Shown here: in pieces, positions 62,481 through 64,000 of the stretch
Layout of the letters: each line of letters opens with the position of its first letter
Position numbering within the stretch: position 1 is the stretch's first letter
Assembly (NCBI RefSeq): GCF_006345805.1
Contig: NC_043012.1
Span: 8,060,001-8,124,000 of the forward strand
Source: Octopus sinensis
Lineage: Eukaryota
Reading direction: 5' to 3'
Length of the DNA stretch: 64,000 nucleotides
The notes under the pieces: generated by a model
The model's database searches: none
What the model was told of the DNA's origin: nothing
Seen by the model: the letters and a program-made list of their open reading frames with translations, nothing else
Program-made: the position numbers and the translations under genes

Positions 62481-63039
62481 ACTGAATCCTTATCGTCAAA
62501 TGACAGAGAGCCACCATCACACAAACACATGTAAATGCACACACACACACACACACACACAGTGATAACATATGTAAATGAGTGTGTATACGTGTGTGCA
62601 TTTGTATGTATGCTTATTTTTGCTGTCTAAACAATTAAATAGACAGCCACTAGGTAAAAATACAAATAACTTTCATGATTATTTAATTTACTTCCAGAGA
62701 AAAGATGCATTTATTTTTTTTTAATTATTCAGCATTTAAATGAGATTTAGTTAAAATAGATAATTAACTGATTAAAACTGTCCATGTATTTTCATAATCT
62801 ACTTAGAGGTGGTGATTGATGTGATGGTGGCAGTGGTGGTGGTCGTGGTGGAGTGAGATTTAAGAACATTACATATCACTGCAATGACTCAGCCTTTTGT
62901 ACTGCAACTTTCAAAACTACAAATTCATATAAAAAAAAAAGACCATCATCATCATCATCACTACAAATGATTAACGTTGTTGCTTTTATCATTGTCAGTA
63001 CTATCATTGTTGTTGTTGTTGTCGTTATTTATTTATTAT

Positions 63040-64000
63040 TATAGCAGTGAGCAGGCAGAACTGGTTAGCATGCAGGACAACAAAAATGCTAAGTAGCATT
63101 TTTGTTATGCCTTTAAGATTTGGAATCCAAATCCCACCAAGGTGAACTTTGCTTTTCGTTCTTTCAGAGTCAATAAAATTAGTACCAGAGGAAAAGTAGG
63201 GTCAGTGTAATCAACTAATCTCCTCCCAGAAAATTACTGACCTTATGTCAAAATTTGAAAACACCATTATTTTCATTATTATTATTATTATTATTATTAT
63301 CATCATCACCATCATCATTATTACTATTATTAGGTTTTCTCCTTTCAATTTTGCTTCCATTTCTTGTCGAGTGTCTTCCTGACACCTAGAGCAAAGAAAC
63401 TCACTGTATACATTGAAACACCGTTAAAATAAACACACCAGACTGTTCTTTTACATAATGAAATGATGTTATGTAGGAAAAAAAAATTATTTACATGGTT
63501 TACTTCTCACAGCGACAATATCCTTCTCAAAACGTATGACATACCAGTTAAAACAATCTTTTGCACTTCTTACAAGGATAGTAAGCCAGGGGTCATTCTC
63601 AGATTATTATTAAAGTAGTGAGAGGGCAGAATCATTAGCACATTGGGCAAAATGCTTAACTCTATTTCATCCGCTGTTATAATCTGGGTTCAAATTACAC
63701 CAAGGTCAACTTTGCCCTTCATCCTTTCAGGGGTCAATAAAACGAGTACCAGTTGAACACTGGTTTCAATGTAATCAACCCATCCCCTCCCCCAAAATTG
63801 CTGGCCTTGTGCCAAAATTTGAAACCATTATTATTATTATTATTAATGTGGCAAGCTTGCAGAATCGTTAGCAGTATTTCATCTGTCTTTAGGCTCTGAC
63901 TTCAAATTCTGCCAGGGTTGACCTCGCTTTTCATTCTTTCATGGTTAATAAAAATAAGTACCAGTTATGCACTGGGGTCGATGTAATCGATTAGCCCCCT
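63040..64000 (+). mobile_element. Three family-C SINE copies (about 63040-63265, 63615-63830 and 63845-end)
   Basis: Family-C head, body and AAATTTGAAACCATTATT tail. Confidence 0.75.

Overview
Eukaryotic, AT-rich, very repeat-dense genomic DNA. The repeat families look like those of an octopus (coleoid cephalopod) genome; this rests on recall, not a search. The only well-supported host gene is on the minus strand: a 4.3-kb last coding exon (35083-39367) of a ZNF608/ZNF609 (Drosophila scribbler/brakeless) orthologue. It has the C2H2 finger [24 protein letters not shown], the SPAYSDISD motif and a C-terminal HVHTHHHTHV motif. Its upstream exons were not found, so 39368-64000 is probably one large intron. 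The rest is transposon debris and simple repeats: RTE and CR1 LINE fragments, several tRNA-headed SINE families (my labels A, C, D, E), a (GAT)n-tailed family B that appears to be the 3' UTR of an RTE LINE, Tc1/mariner relics, hAT- and piggyBac-type MITEs, a non-autonomous Helitron, and micro/minisatellites. The most unusual features are asymmetric fold-back elements at 25.3, 29.8 and 30.8 kb. Two of them carry a minimal hammerhead-ribozyme motif in each arm (Penelope-like terminal repeat). One has a tRNA-type B box at its centre and a 14-bp target-site duplication (TSD). Most ORFs in the supplied track are repeat or antisense artefacts, and some of its starts are non-ATG codons. Coordinates of degenerate repeats are approximate.
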